NCBI GenBank assembly: GCA_028023455.1
Contig: JAQFVV010000001.1
Location: forward strand, 25,420,001 to 25,484,000
Reading direction: 5' to 3'
Length of the DNA: 64,000 bases
DNA from: Epiperipatus broadwayi
Lineage: Eukaryota; Animalia; Onychophora
Shown: piece after piece, positions 1 to 60,880 of the stretch
Numbering within the stretch: position 1 is the first letter of the stretch
Layout: every line of letters starts with the position of its first letter
Program-made: the position numbers and the translations under genes
Notes under the pieces: model-generated
Databases searched by the model: none
What the model was told of the DNA's origin: nothing
What the model saw: the letters and a program-made list of their open reading frames with translations, nothing else

Positions 1-811
1 GATACCAAAAAAAGCATACAATAGTTGGAGTAATAATATTATAGACGAGTGAATCAATCATGATTGAGAAATGATGCTAGTATAGTCCCTATGTTAGGAG
101 GATTTGGTTGTATAAATTAATATATATTTTAATGGTAATTGCCATTTTAACAATGGCAATTGATCAAAAAAATATAATGAAAAAAAAAACATATTCATAA
201 ATTAATTTTTAGTCTAGAGAAATTATGAATATCTAATTGGTGATATTTATATAATAGAGTGATTATACAATTTTTTATTTAATTTTCAAATTTATAATAG
301 TCATGAATAACAAACAGTCTGAAAAAACATAAAAAACAAGACTTTATGCAGATTCAGTCAGGTTTTCTGATCATTACCCCTTTACATTAATAATAGTATT
401 AAATGGCAAAATAAAAGAATGTACTTAGAATTTGGATAAAAAATAAACAGGTAAAAAATATTAACAATAACAATAACTTTAATTAATAAACAGAGTGAGA
501 ATAGTATAAAAAATTGTACTTACTTATTTCCATCTAAGATTGTATGAAGAACACATGTGATTAAAATTTTTTCTGTTGGTTCATAATAATTCATATATAA
601 AAAGTTTAATAATAGTTCAACAGAATTTTATATAGTTGTTTTATTTCAATTGTGCTGAACTATTATTAATTATTGAAAACAACATTATGGACAAATTTAT
701 ATTTGACCATTATTAAGGATTATATAAAAAGTTTATATTAAATTCATTCAATTACCTATTTATGTTTTTGTGAGCTCACATGATTTTAGGTTTTTTTTTT
801 CCATGTGTCAA

Positions 812-883
812 AGCATCGGTCAGGAAGCTAACCCAGAACAACTGCTTGTAAGGCAGCTGTGCTTACCACTCAGCCACCAACGC
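812..883 (-). pseudogene. tRNA-Gly(TCC)-derived pseudogene with anticodon changed to TAC
   Basis: Reverse complement GCGTTGGTGGCTGAGTGGTAAGCACAGCTGCCTTACAAGCAGTTGTTCTGGGTTAGCTTCCTGACCGATGC follows the eukaryotic tRNA-Gly-TCC body as recalled; the T-arm/B-box is degraded (TTAGCTT for TTCGATT). Confidence 0.8.
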
Positions 884-1899
884 TTGACATGTGGCTGCAA
901 ACATTTTTAGAATTTAACTTCTTATAGTTTATTTATCATACCATTTACAACTTTCTTAACCATTTTATCAATACTCTTTATTTATATAAAACTAACAGTT
1001 TCAACTGTCCTGCAGTCATATCAGAGCCACAATATTCAAATATATAATTATATAATTAATATACTTATACACATATTCATATGCATAATTAAATACACAA
1101 AATAAACAAAAATAAAATATACATTTTAACCTAACCATTATAAATAATCATTTCCCATTTTATTACTTTACCCTTAAATAATTCTATCAATATTTACTTT
1201 ATATCACTTTATTTTATTTTTTTAAAAAATATTATTTATTATAATTATAAACTTTAACATTTATTCTACTATTTAATATAAATAAAGAGTATTGATAAAG
1301 TGTTTAAGGAAGTTGTAAGTGGTATGATATGTTAAATTAGAAATCAATACATAGGAAAAGGAAGATGAAGAAAATTATAGTTTATTTCCATTGTAGTTTA
1401 TTCTCATGAAACTTTTCCTGTGATTGAGAGATCAAAATTATGCACATTTATAAATAGAAGCTTATTTCCATTTGGCAATTAATTAGAAAGCAACTTTTCT
1501 TATATCAAGTGTCACACATTTTTAGTATCAGAAAGTAATTAATAGACTGGCAGAATCGAAGTTAATTTTAAGACATTTCTTTATTTACAATTCCATAATC
1601 AGCTACATTACTGGAAATTTCAGGGTAAGGCATTCTGAAACTTTTACCCCAGAAACCACATTATCAACAGAAGCAATCATTACAATTTCTCTATAATAAT
1701 AATTTTATTGACAACTCAAATGTGTACAACAATAAATGAATAAATGCAGTCTAGTAGATTTTTGTGTAAACTTGCAGGCTAAATCACAGGAAAAAGTCAC
1801 AATGTATTTTAATTAGCAGCTGAGTTGTGTAACAAATTTACTTTTTGAAGGCTTGCAGTTCTATTGCACTTGTGTCACTAGTTTGATAATGAAATTAGG

Positions 1900-2330
1900 C
1901 TTCATGTATCTAGGTATTTACTTTTCGGGGTGAGAAGTAGGTCCCTTCTTTTAATCTTGGAAAGCTTGTGCATGATATAACCATATTCCTGAAAGAAGGT
2001 GGCATTAAATACCTTTTTGCAATGGGCAGCCCAGATATAGTATATAATAAAGAGAGAAAGTCTAATTATTGCAAAAGTCCTTGTCTTCATAATATCTTTT
2101 AAGGAAGTAATAAGACAACAATCTATGTTGATATTATCATAAATTGCTTTCTTAGCAATCCAAAGTCCTGAACATGAACAGAGTAGATGTTCAAATGATT
2201 TTCTTGACTTTCATCCTGTAAGTAACACACAAAAAAGTGATCAGCCTCTCATTTTGTTTAAAGCAGATGATCTTAAAGGTTTTCCTATCCTCAGTCATTT
2301 TGTAACTTGTTTTCATATCAAGGTTATTTT
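1900..2330 (-). mobile_element. L1/Tx1-type LINE ORF2 C-terminal remnant (zinc-binding region)
   Basis: Minus-strand reading FEHLLCSCSGLWIAKK...IIYYIWAAHCKKVFN resembles the E--HLL--C----W and YYIW--R---F motifs at the end of L1/Tx1 ORF2. Confidence 0.55.
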
Positions 2331-2639
2331 AAAATAGTTAATTTTATTTTACAAATAAAAATTGTAATACTTTTTTAATTTTATAATTATTATGATTATT
2401 ACAATTTTTTATGATTCACTTTTTACACATGACTTTTATACATCTTAAAATATGTAGTAAAAATAAATAGACATTTATCAAAAAGCCATATGTATTAGAC
2501 TCTGTTATGGAGGTTACAATATAGTTAAGTAACTAAGTGAGTTAGAAATGTAAAGATACAAAGTAGAGTAAGGAAAAGTGAGTTATTCATTCAGTCAGTC
2601 TAGGATATTGAGTTGAAAAGAAAATTCATGTTTTCTCCT

Positions 2640-4500
2640 TAAATGAAATAATTATATAAATATAAACTAAAATATGGAAAATCAGAAATATTAGGAGAGG
2701 TAAAAGAAGTAAGTGAAATTGCTATCACATCAAAAACAGATTAAAATAAATTTATAATGGCAATGTTAAAGAGTTTAATGAGTAAAATGAAACTAAGCCC
2801 CCCAAAATTGTCAAGTGACATAATGAAAAAGATTGATTAAAATCTAGCACAAATAAAACAAAGTCATAAAGACCTCATTCAATGAATGAAACAAAGCCAG
2901 GAAAAATGTGGCAAGAATCAGGCAAAAATGAAACAAAGCTAGGAAATATTAATAATGAAGATAGAAGAGGATTAATATGAATTAGAAAATAAAGCAAGAA
3001 ATTAAATTTGTTCATATAGAATTGGTTTAGAAAATAAAAATAGTACAAGAACAGATACATATCTTGGGAATTAAAGTTAATGAGTTAAAAAATAAAATGG
3101 AAGGAACTCAACAGACAAAAATCAATAAATTGGAAAGTATCATAGAAAATAGATATAGTTAGACCTAGAAGATGGATACTAAAGTTGAAAAATATAGGTT
3201 ACAGTGGCAGATAAGAATAAAGTTCTAGAAGATTAAATAAATAAATTTCAACAAGAAAATAATAAAGAGGTAGAAAGAATACAGAATAAACAAGAAGAGA
3301 AAATCAAGAAGTTAGAAATTCAAATTGAGAATCATTTGAATTATGGAATTAATTTAGGTATAATACAGTCTAAAGTAAATGACCTGAAAATCCACTTATA
3401 AGCTCTAATTAATCAATGTGGATTGAGTAAGGTAGTTAAGAATATAATTCTAATAGAAAAAAGTAGAAAATTTAAAGGCAAAAGAAAGAAAAGGATATTG
3501 ATGGCAGAAAAAAGAATTTTGAAGAAAAATGCCAAAAAAAATAAAAAATCTCATGACAGAGATTAAAAGCCAAATCCAAGATAAAATAAATAAACTCCAT
3601 AATACTTTAATAAAGCTTTATGATGAAAGCATAGGAAGTCAAATTATTATTGGGATATCTCCAGTTAAATAACTAGATATGATATTGCCACTTATCCTAA
3701 AATTCTTATCAAATGAAGATGAAATATTAAGTGACAGCATAAAATGGATTATGCAAATTGTCAAAAAAAGATATGAATGATAAACATATAAATAATGCTA
3801 TATTCAGCAACTGTATAAAGCCAATCAGCTTACAGAAAATTACAATACCATATCCAAATTTATTAGGCTTAAGACATTTAAATGTGACATTGGAGAAAAT
3901 CCTATAGATCATTTGACAGTATTATTTTTTTAATGAATTGAATGAAAAAAAGAAGGTTGCTGTTGCAAGTAACCACCTCTATAAAGCTGCTAAAAATTAG
4001 TGGGAGTTTCATTCATAAAACCTATTACTTTAAGAGATTACAACTAAGCCTTATTAAATAGTTTTGGGAATAAGAGAGATAGGGTTGCATTCATTATCAG
4101 GTATTTAAAGAAAGATTTAGGCGTAATTGAGCAATAATTTAACCAAATTCTTTCACTATCATTATCTAAATGTAGAACTCTTATAGTATACTTATTGGTA
4201 CTAGTTGAAAGTCAAATTATAAAGACCATTAAACATAACTTGCTTAGATGGGTGCAGCAAATCTTTGACACTACCTGGGTGTCACTATTGAAATTGTGGC
4301 TATGTTGTTAAACAATATTAATATAGAAGGCTACCAGTAATCTAGAGAAAGAAATATCAGAGATGTATATTTTAAAATGTACTTACACATTTCAGATTTT
4401 GAGTATAACCACCAAGATTTAACTGACTATGGTGTTAATCTATGAAGCATAATAACAGTAAACCTTACAAAGAGCCTATGAATTTATATAACAGAGAGTA
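2640..4500 (+). mobile_element. Highly degraded LINE-like remnant (K/E-rich ORF1-like region plus possible RT traces)
   Basis: Purine-rich, broken coiled-coil-like reading on the + strand; only weak RT-like traces near 4330-4400. Confidence 0.3.
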
Positions 4501-7500
4501 ACCATGAGCTTGAAAGTTTGCTAATTTATCACTTTCAGAGAATATAGCAAAAATAATACTATCAAAACATGTGTTCAGGGCCATTTATAGTCTCAGAAAA
4601 CTAATACATACCTTAATATTTATGATCTTGTAATATCTTAAGCATATGAAATTTCCAAAATAAAGAAGTTTAATTGTATAGTAATTAATTTTATAGTTAT
4701 TGTTATATAAGTTTTAGTTGATCCTAAATTGTATGTAAAAGATTTAAAGAAGTTTAGTATTATAAGTTGAATTGTTTTTATTTTATTTTAAGGATGGGAA
4801 TACGTGACATGTAAATCTATCAAGTGTCCATCCATTTTATTAAATTGTAAATAAAGACACAATAAAAAATCATTTGTTTACGTAATGTTTCATTTAATTA
4901 ATATTAATATTGTTAAGCTTAATTATAAATATATTAGGTAGATGTAGGTTTAAACCCAGGATGAATGTAAGTGAAAATAAAATATTTTAAAAATAATTTA
5001 AAAATTATATGCATCTTAATTTGAAAAAATATTTTATTTGAATTAAAATTAAAATAATAATAATTATTTTATTATATTGAATAATAAAATTTATTTTTAT
5101 TATATGAAAGAAAGAACTTCACGTGCAACTTTCTATAAAACAAAAAAACATTGTTGCTGAATAACCAGATAGAATTTCTCTAATTAGGTCAGATCATTAT
5201 TTTTATATCTGATAACTTAATGCTTTACCAATTTGTTAACAAAATAATAAAGATATAAGGGTAATTTTCAGATAGGAAGAACATGGTTTTCTCTTGATTA
5301 GTATCTGCAAAGTCATGAATAGAATGAATGATAATAAAAAAATCATTTGTTTAACATAACTGTTAATATTTTGCTAAGTGCAATAAAACCATTTCTATTA
5401 GGATTCATATATAAAAAAGAAAATAATTTAATGAAGTTAAAATAGCTGAAAACTATACATGAAGACATTATCATTATGATTTTTGGAATTCTACATAAGA
5501 CAAAAGAAAAAGGAACAAAATAAATTCTTGAAAATTATTAGTAAACCCTTTACTTTGTTATAAAAAAAGAGAAATTATATATATCTATTAGAAATATATT
5601 TTTTTTCAAAATTTAAAATAATAGTTTATTTTACCTATTAATATTACTCAATACAAAGTTAAGATTTAGGTCAAGTAATTAAGACATAATTTAATTCCTA
5701 TAAATAAATTTAATAAAGTAACCTGAAGATATATATTTAATACTTTTGAACATATATAATTGATCATATACAGAAGCATTACTTGATCTCTTTGTTCTAG
5801 AATTTAAATTTTTTTTTAACTTATAGCATGATGTCAGTTGACATTTGAACATTTTCAAACATTATGTTATGTTAATGTCTGAATGTTAAAGATTGTATAT
5901 GTTATTGTTAAGATGTATTAGAACATCATTAAAAATGCAGATAGAAATTTTAGAAATTGTAACAGAGTCAAGATAAATTGAAATATATAGTGGATTTTTA
6001 ATTTATGATTGTTAATATATTTTTTTCTTTATATTGTGTTGCTATTAGATTTATATGCAATTATCCATAAGTGCATTGTTTGATGCTCTTTCATGAGGTA
6101 CTGATTAATATATTTTTCAGTTTACATATCTATCAAGTTACAGATACCTAATCCTTGAATTACATGTTTATTGAATTATATATTTATTGATTTATAGATT
6201 CAATGGCATCTTATAAATATGTGAATTTCTAATAACTCTGATTTATATAAATTTATTTGTGGACAAGATATTATAACAATGTTATGGTCTTATCTATATG
6301 ATTTGCATTATTAAAAGAGATTGGTCAAGATAGCTTTTAGATTTAGGTACAAATACATATACATAAGTTAAGTTTTATATTCTTATATTTAAATTTTATC
6401 TCTTGTATTTTTGGCTAATCTAATGTGTGACTTAATAATATAATATTGTTCAGCAAGGAATAAAACATTTTTTAATTTCAGACATAGCATAGTTATATCA
6501 GTTATATTTTTGGCTGCCTAACCTGAGGTATAAATAAAATCATTTACCTGAGATTATCAGTTACAATATAAATATTAATCAATTTTCAGAAATGATAGTG
6601 TAGTAAAGTTGGACATTTTTATGCACTAGATTTTTCTCTGCAGAAATATTTTCATGGTAATGTTAATTTAAATTTATAAATTATCAAAATATGGAATTTT
6701 TTAAAATAATCTGTAAAAAAAAGTTCATATTAAAAAGCAATTCTTTAAAATTCAGCAAAAAAAATCTGTTTTTATGTTTAAAACAAAACAAAATGAAAAA
6801 AACCATATAGCTTTCTTTGTATTGCACAGTAATAAATGTGGAGTCCGATAAAGGCATAGAGATTTAGAAATAGAATTACAGTAATTGTCAAGTAGAATTC
6901 TTGATATATTAAATTGCAAATAAAACATGAATCATTTACTGATCAAAAAGATTTTATATTTTTTATATCAAAAATAATACATATCAATCTGAAAAATGAT
7001 ATTAATATTTTATTAATTCATTGATTGAGGGTTTTTTGTGAGAGAGATGTTTTGAATACATGGAAATAATCTTTTGATTACCTTTTAAATAATGATATAA
7101 AAATTCAAATGACTACTTTTAGTGATATATACATCATATTGATTCATATAAATTAATCTTGGTAAAATTCAGTTCTTTATAATCATAAAAACAGAAAGAC
7201 TGAGGTCCTGGTGAGATATCTAATAAAATATGATTAAAATATATTAGTACTAAAACCATTGGATATTTTAGAAATTGATGAACCCATAAAGTTGTGGCAT
7301 GTGATCTTAAGAATGTCATATATTTCTCCAATTGACAAAAATAGAAAGGATAAAAAAGAACAATAAATATGTATTTTATCAGAATTATGTATAAGTATTT
7401 TATTAACTAGTTGCTTTCAATCTAGGTATATTTTTATTATAGATTTATTGTAGTTTTAAAAATATCAAACAATACTATAGATCTGATATTTGTCACCAGG

Positions 7501-7526
7501 AAAATAAAAAATCTTGTCATGAATAA

Positions 7527-7835
7527 TAAACCACTAAACATCACATGATCATCATTTTTTATGTTTGCTCATAACTGTTATTAAAACAGGCAAAACTCCA
7601 TATAGTAGTCCCACTCAATGCAAGCCAGAGTAATCAATGGATGCCTAAGATCTAGGTGCAGTGCTCTCAGATCCAAGGCTCATCACTGATGAAAGCCACA
7701 AGCTAGAAATTAGTTTAGGGATATTGGATAAATAGGCACTAGATAGGGATTTTATGCACAAGTCTTCTGCCATCCATTGATTACTATGGCTTTCACTAAG
7801 TGGCACTACTATATGGAGAGTTTTGCATGAATAAT
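7527..7835 (+). mobile_element. Hammerhead family 1 (retrozyme-like) copy with inverted terminal segment (fold-back)
   Basis: CTGATGA 7686-7692, AGC-CACAA-GCT stem, degenerate GAAATTAGTT; 7527-7645 is the reverse complement of the family's downstream region. Confidence 0.8.
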
Positions 7836-8812
7836 ACTGATTTATTCATTGATTTTATCAATTTGGTCAACATATTTTTATTTGATTGATTTAAGAAGAT
7901 TTTTAAAATGATTTAGTTGACAAACAATTACATTTGTATTCTATAATATTTACATATGATGTGTTTTAACATTGATAGTGGAAAATTTGAAACCTGTAAA
8001 ATGAAAACTGATGTTAATTTAAAATGTGAATTTTCTACAATTTTGTTTTTTATTTTGTGATAGTGGCATAGATGGGAAAATTTATAGGAAGATATATTAA
8101 AAACAGTATTAAAATGTGATATAAATTTAGTGATAATTTGCCAGAAAAAACGTATTTCATTTTTGATTTCTCAATATACAATATATTAGTGATTGTATTA
8201 TTTATGCTGTTTCAAAACAGATCTATAGAATATTTTTATGTTATAAATGAAATATAAAATGATTTTGATATAATATTAATTTGTAGTCAGATATTGAACA
8301 AAATATGTAGAACGATTTTAGTTTAGATGGTAAACAAATTTAAATATCTTGATACATTTTTTGTGCAAAAAGATAGGATGTTGAAATGTCATATATATTT
8401 TAATTTAATTTATTGAATTCTAATACAATTTATTAAATAAAATAATAGCTATTTTATCATAGTAATATAACTAACTTTAGTTAAAATAATTGGATAAAAA
8501 GCTGTTATTTTTCTCAATTGACTGTATAGTATAAATTATTAATTATATATTGAAGTAATATAAGGATACTGAAAAAAACTTCTAAAAATGTTCCCTAATA
8601 TAATAAAATTACACTATAAAGTTCAAAACAATCTCTATGTTCTTATGTTTTCTGAATAATAACATCAATATTGTATTGAATCTGTGAAAATAAAATTATG
8701 TAAATCTCAATAGTATATACTCTTTTCATACAATTTTGTAATTCTGCCAAACTTGTCCTGTTCAAGTTAACATAAAAAGATAAAATAAACTGATAAGACT
8801 TAAAAACACTAA

Positions 8813-9157
8813 ACCAGTTTTTGGCAGATTACTGCCAGAATCATAGTGCTGAATAGAATTGTGCCATCAAAAATATGCAATATAGTGGTGAAGACCAATA
8901 TGTAAATCATGACCAATAAGTAAATTGGATGTTCCATTTTTTTGATAATGGGACAGATGAATATTTTCTATTGATAGAATGAGGATCCATTGCAATATCC
9001 CAAGTATCTTTACATATTCTTTTTCTATTGTCCCTCTTGGACATGGAATATCTAATTTACATACTAGGCCTTATTTATATATTGGTGTTTGCCACTATAT
9101 ATGCATATCAGTTCTATTCAGCACTATGACTCTGGCAGTAATTTGCCAAAAGCTGGC
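8813..9157. mobile_element. MITE, ~345 bp, with ~48-bp terminal inverted repeats
   Basis: ccagtttttggcagattactgccagaatcatagtgctgaatagaa (8814+) pairs with ttctattcagcactatgactctggcagtaatttgccaaaagctgg (ending 9156); flanks ctaa / ttaa. Confidence 0.75.
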
Positions 9158-9940
9158 TTAATTTTTTTAAGACTTTTTTATTAGTTTATTTTACCATTTC
9201 ACATTAAATTGAACAATAGAAGTTTGATATAATTAGAAAGTAAAATGAGCATATTTTATTTTACAAAAGTATTTTATTGCAAACATGAGTATGGTTTTTG
9301 TGGAAAAAGTATTCTGCATTTATATTAACAATTATTTCAAAGATATTCTAAAGAAATGGAATATTGATTACTTTTGTTAGGAGTATGGCTGAGGATTAAA
9401 TATATAGGAAATGTATAATTAGGCAAGATATTGAGGCTTTTCTGAAAAAAAAAAACGTTTTTTTTTGTGCAAAATCAAAGTAAAAATTGTAATATACCAA
9501 GAAAAATAAAACTTAGCATGAAGATATATTTATAATTCTTAAACTTATTGTATCCATTTTAACTCATTTTGACATTCCATTTTTTTTTACCTTTTTGTTT
9601 ATGTGTTTTTCCTATAGTTAATATAGCTAGATATTTCAATTGTAGGATATATATATATGAAATAGACCCAGTGCATATAGCTAGCTGAAAATTCCAAATA
9701 TAAAATGTCAAATTATCTCTTCTCCCAAACGTTATGCTCTTTTGGCAACCTACTTTGTGAATAAAGATTGGCCATGTTTGAAATGCAGACTATCATAATT
9801 CACAAGTCAGCATTGCTAAAAAAACGTAATATGGATATTTATATAAAAGAAAAAAAAAGACAAAGATATATGGGTTCAAATATAACTTTATAACTTTCCA
9901 TTGTTGCGTGGTTAATTGTTAATATTTTTATACATTTATA

Positions 9941-10963
9941 TTTGAGCCAATAAACATCACATGATCACCATTTCTTATGCTTACTTATAACTGTTTTAAA
10001 ACAGGCAAAACTCTTTATACATATTGCCATTCACTGCAAACCAGAGTAATCAATGGATGCCAAAAGGCTTGTGCATATAAACCCCATCTAGTGAACTCAT
10101 CCAATATCTTCATACTAGTTTCTGGCTTGTGGTCTTTGTCAGTGAGGAGCCTTGGATCTGAGAACACTGCACCTAGATCTTAGGATCTAAAGCAACACTC
10201 CAACAATCACCTTTTGTCTCTACTTAACTACAAAACTATGAGTCTTAAATTGAAAACACTATAATATTTTCAATCCAAGCTCATTAGCTTATATAGTCAT
10301 ATAGATCTGAACTCAGTTCAGTACCCATGCATTTTGGTGACTTTGGTTCTTTCAGATCCAAGGTTCTCAGATCCAAGGCTCCTCACTGATGAAGGCCACA
10401 AATCAGAAACTAGTCTAGGTATATTGGATGAGTAGGCACTAGATGGGGATTTTATGTACAAGCTTACTCTGGCTTGCACTGAGTGGCAATATGTATAGAA
10501 AGTTTTGCCTGTTTTAATAACAGTTATAAGAAAACATAAGAAATGGTGATCATGTGATGTTTATTGTCTTAAAACCAATCCTGCCTAATAGGATAGTGGT
10601 GGCTATCATTATTAAAGAACCAAATTCACTAAACTTTATGGATACTGAACTGAGTTCAGACCTATATGACTATATAAGCTAATAAGCTTGGATTGAAAAT
10701 ATAATGTTTTCAATTTAAGACCCATAGTTTTGTAGTTGAGATAAAAGGTGGCTGCTGAAGGGTTGCATTAGATCCTAAGATCTAGGTGCAGTGCTCTCAG
10801 ATCTAAGGCTCCTCACTGATAAAGTCCACAAACCAAAAACTAGTCTGGGGATATTGGATGAGTAGGCACTAGATGGGGATTTTATGCATAAACCTTCTGG
10901 CCTCCATTTATTACTCTGGTTTGCAGTGAGTGGCAATACATATAGAGAGTTTTGCTGTTTTAA
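9941..10963 (+). mobile_element. Hammerhead family 1 locus: inverted partial unit (9941-10350) plus head-to-tail tandem (10350-10963)
   Basis: Sense cores at 10386 and 10816 (period 430 nt) and an antisense core near 10115-10143; 9990-10350 is the reverse complement of 10610-10960. Confidence 0.85.
10370..10430 (+). ncRNA. Minimal type I hammerhead ribozyme motif (family 1); core intact, stems eroded
   Basis: CTCCTCA-CTGATGA(10386-92)-AGGCCACAAATCA-GAAAC-TA-GTC(10415)-TAGGTATATTGG; stem III carries the palindrome ACTAGT. Confidence 0.7.
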
Positions 10964-11234
10964 TTCATATTGCAGGAGAATCTCATTCTATATCCATCTG
11001 GGTATGAGTTACGACTCAATAGTTACTGCTAGGCACGCTGTTAATAGAAGCATCTACTGAACTATTTTCATTATCTGTAAAGTAAAACGTGAATATCGCT
11101 TATTTCTAATAGTAATAATAAAAAAATCCTAAAACTGTATTTATTAACTTTCAGCAATGATTTTTTGTTCTTTTAACATATATATATTCTATCTTGTGAC
11201 AATATATAAAGTTTCATTTATCAATTTTTTACAG

Positions 11235-58401
<47,167 letters not shown>

Positions 58402-59549
58402 GTAAGTTTTAATTTTTATTAAATATTGCATTAAATATAAACAAAGCTAAAAGCAAAAAAAAAAAAAAAACATCTATTAAAACCTTTACGTATTTAATTG
58501 TGCCACTTAATCGTAGCTAAATATCATTCTACCATAATCGCAATGCATTCTATTATTTCTATAACTTTCAACTTATTTCAGTTTTTTTTATTATTGTATT
58601 TACTTGAAGGCATTCTTTTTTTAAATCCGTAGTAATGAAAATAAAATGAGAAAAAAAATGAAAAATAAAACTTATTTATTTTATATGATTTAAGATTTAA
58701 AAATCATCCAGAGTAATTTATTAATTGATATTTCTGTTAAAAAAATTTAAAAAAGTAAAAAAAAAAGGTATTTTATATTACATTTCCATTATCATTAATA
58801 CAATACCTTTGCTTATATGTCTTCTCACATTAACAATCTAGTCAGATTAAAAATAACTCCTCCTTCTCTTTATAAACATTTCGAATTTTAAATACATCCA
58901 TATGCTACTTAAACAAATATTGTTTAATGTTAATTAATTATTAATATATATCTATATTATGTTCATGGATTCTGTATATAATTTTTCCCAAAATCAGTAT
59001 AATAATAATAAGAAAGATGATGATGATGATAATTAAAAAATTGTTTTCTTATGATTTTTTATTTCTTTGAAATCTGTTTTTAATGCTACAATTTTATCTC
59101 ACTGATGTAGAGAAATATATACTTTCTTTAAGAAATTTTTTTTTATTTTATTTCCTGCAGTATATGATCAAAAATTAGTAATTATTATTTAGAAGTATCA
59201 TTTATTTGCTCACTTTCAAACGAATATTTTTATAATTTGTTTTTGATATTCAAAATATTGGCTGCAGTTAACTACATTTTTACAGTATCATCATCATAAA
59301 AAAAAATGTAATTATTTAGATTATTAAAAGTTCCGCAATGAAGTGTGCATTATATTTCTTTATCAAATTTGTATTTAATTTCATTGCATATATTGAAATA
59401 AATACAATTCACGAAGCACTGTTTTTAAAAAAAAACTTAAGAGCGGTGCATAAAAACTTTTATAATGAAGCATAGTGTATCAAAAATAAATTTTTATAAA
59501 TGTTTTTTTTTAAAGTATACGTTTAGTTAATTAATTTTTTTTTTTTTTT

Positions 59550-59900
59550 TCAGCTTTATTTTAATTTAACAAATTGTGAATTAGGAAATATTCTTTCACT
59601 ACATATATATTTAAAATTATAGCTATTGAAATGATTTTGTACAGTATATTTACCCATAGGTTAGTATTTTTTTAATAATATGTTTAGTAAAATGTATATT
59701 CATTAATTAACATATTTTTCAATTCAAGGTTTATTTTTTTAATCACATGTTTATATATTTTGATTTTAAATAATGAATTAATTTTTTCCTTTAGAAAGTC
59801 ATGCTAATTGCTTATTTTTTATGGATGTCTTTGATTTATGTTGCATTTTTGGGTAGTAATTTCCCTCACAAACTGGATTAAAGATATACATTATTAACTT
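59550..59900 (+). repeat. Unclassified interspersed repeat, copy 2
   Basis: See 52620-53040. Confidence 0.6.
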
Positions 59901-59944
59901 GATGCTTCAAAAATATGTGTTGATTGATGAAATATATTACAATA

Positions 59945-60880
59945 GTAGCAACTTTTTCCATATGTGTTACCTAGTGCAATCTTTAATAATCTATAGATGC
60001 TAGAAGGTTATGCATTTAATTATTATCTAGTGCCTATACATCCAATATTTCCAGACTATCTTCTTGTTTATGGCTTTCATCAGTGAGGAACCTTTATCCT
60101 GAAAGCAATGTACCTAGATCTTTAAATTTAATATATCCCACCGGACTCAGGTTTTACCTCTACAGTTAATTATAAAGCTGTGAGTCCAAATTTTAAAAAA
60201 AACATAATAATGTTTTAAATCCAAGCTAGTTTGCTTCTATAAAAACCTCAGATAAAGAATACAATTCAATATCTATATACTGGTGTCTTTTCTTTTTAAT
60301 AACCATCATCAACAATATAATTTGACTAAGATAGGTATTAAATCATTAAAATATCACATGATCATCTTTTCTATATTTACACAAATGTTAAAACAGTAGC
60401 AATTTTTGTCATATAATAATGCCACCTAGTATAAGGATTAGGAATCAATAAATGCTAGAATGTTTTGCATTTAATTCCTATCAATGGTTACTCATCCAAT
60501 ATTCCCATTTAGTTTTTAGTTTGTGCCTTTCACCAATGAACAGTCTTAGATCTGAGAGTATTCACATAAATTGTATTTTTAATCTGGGTTCATAACTTTA
60601 TAATTGACTAAAAATGTAAAAGATGGCTTCTAGAGAGTGTATTAGATCCAATGATGTAGGTGCATTGCTCTCAGATCCAAGATTTCTCACTGATGAAACC
60701 ATAAACTAGAAACTAATCTGGGAATATTAGGTGACTAGGTCTTAGATAACAATTAAATTCACAACTTTCTAGCATATACTGCTTACTATATATTGCACAA
60801 AGTATCATTATTGTGTGGAAAAAATGGTACTGTTTTAACAGCTTGTGTAAGCATAGAAAAATTTGATCATGTGATAAAAT
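59945..60880. mobile_element. Older hammerhead family 1 locus: antisense tandem dimer plus inverted sense copy
   Basis: Antisense cores at 60077-83 and ~60530-36 (period ~453 nt); sense core CTGATGA 60690-96 with GAAACTAATC. Confidence 0.75.

Noticed and set aside
8979-9161. 60-aa ORF as a possible upstream receptor exon
   Set aside because: It lies inside a MITE and has no GPCR similarity; no TM1 exon was found in 1-11234.
9941-10963. CRISPR-like reading of the recurring short repeats
   Set aside because: Eukaryotic context, unit length in the hundreds of nt, no unique spacers and no cas genes.
59161-59178. Strong acceptor (ttcctgcag) followed by YMIKN* as a possible last receptor exon
   Set aside because: It would remove the C-terminal tail and has no homology support; it cannot be accepted without transcripts.
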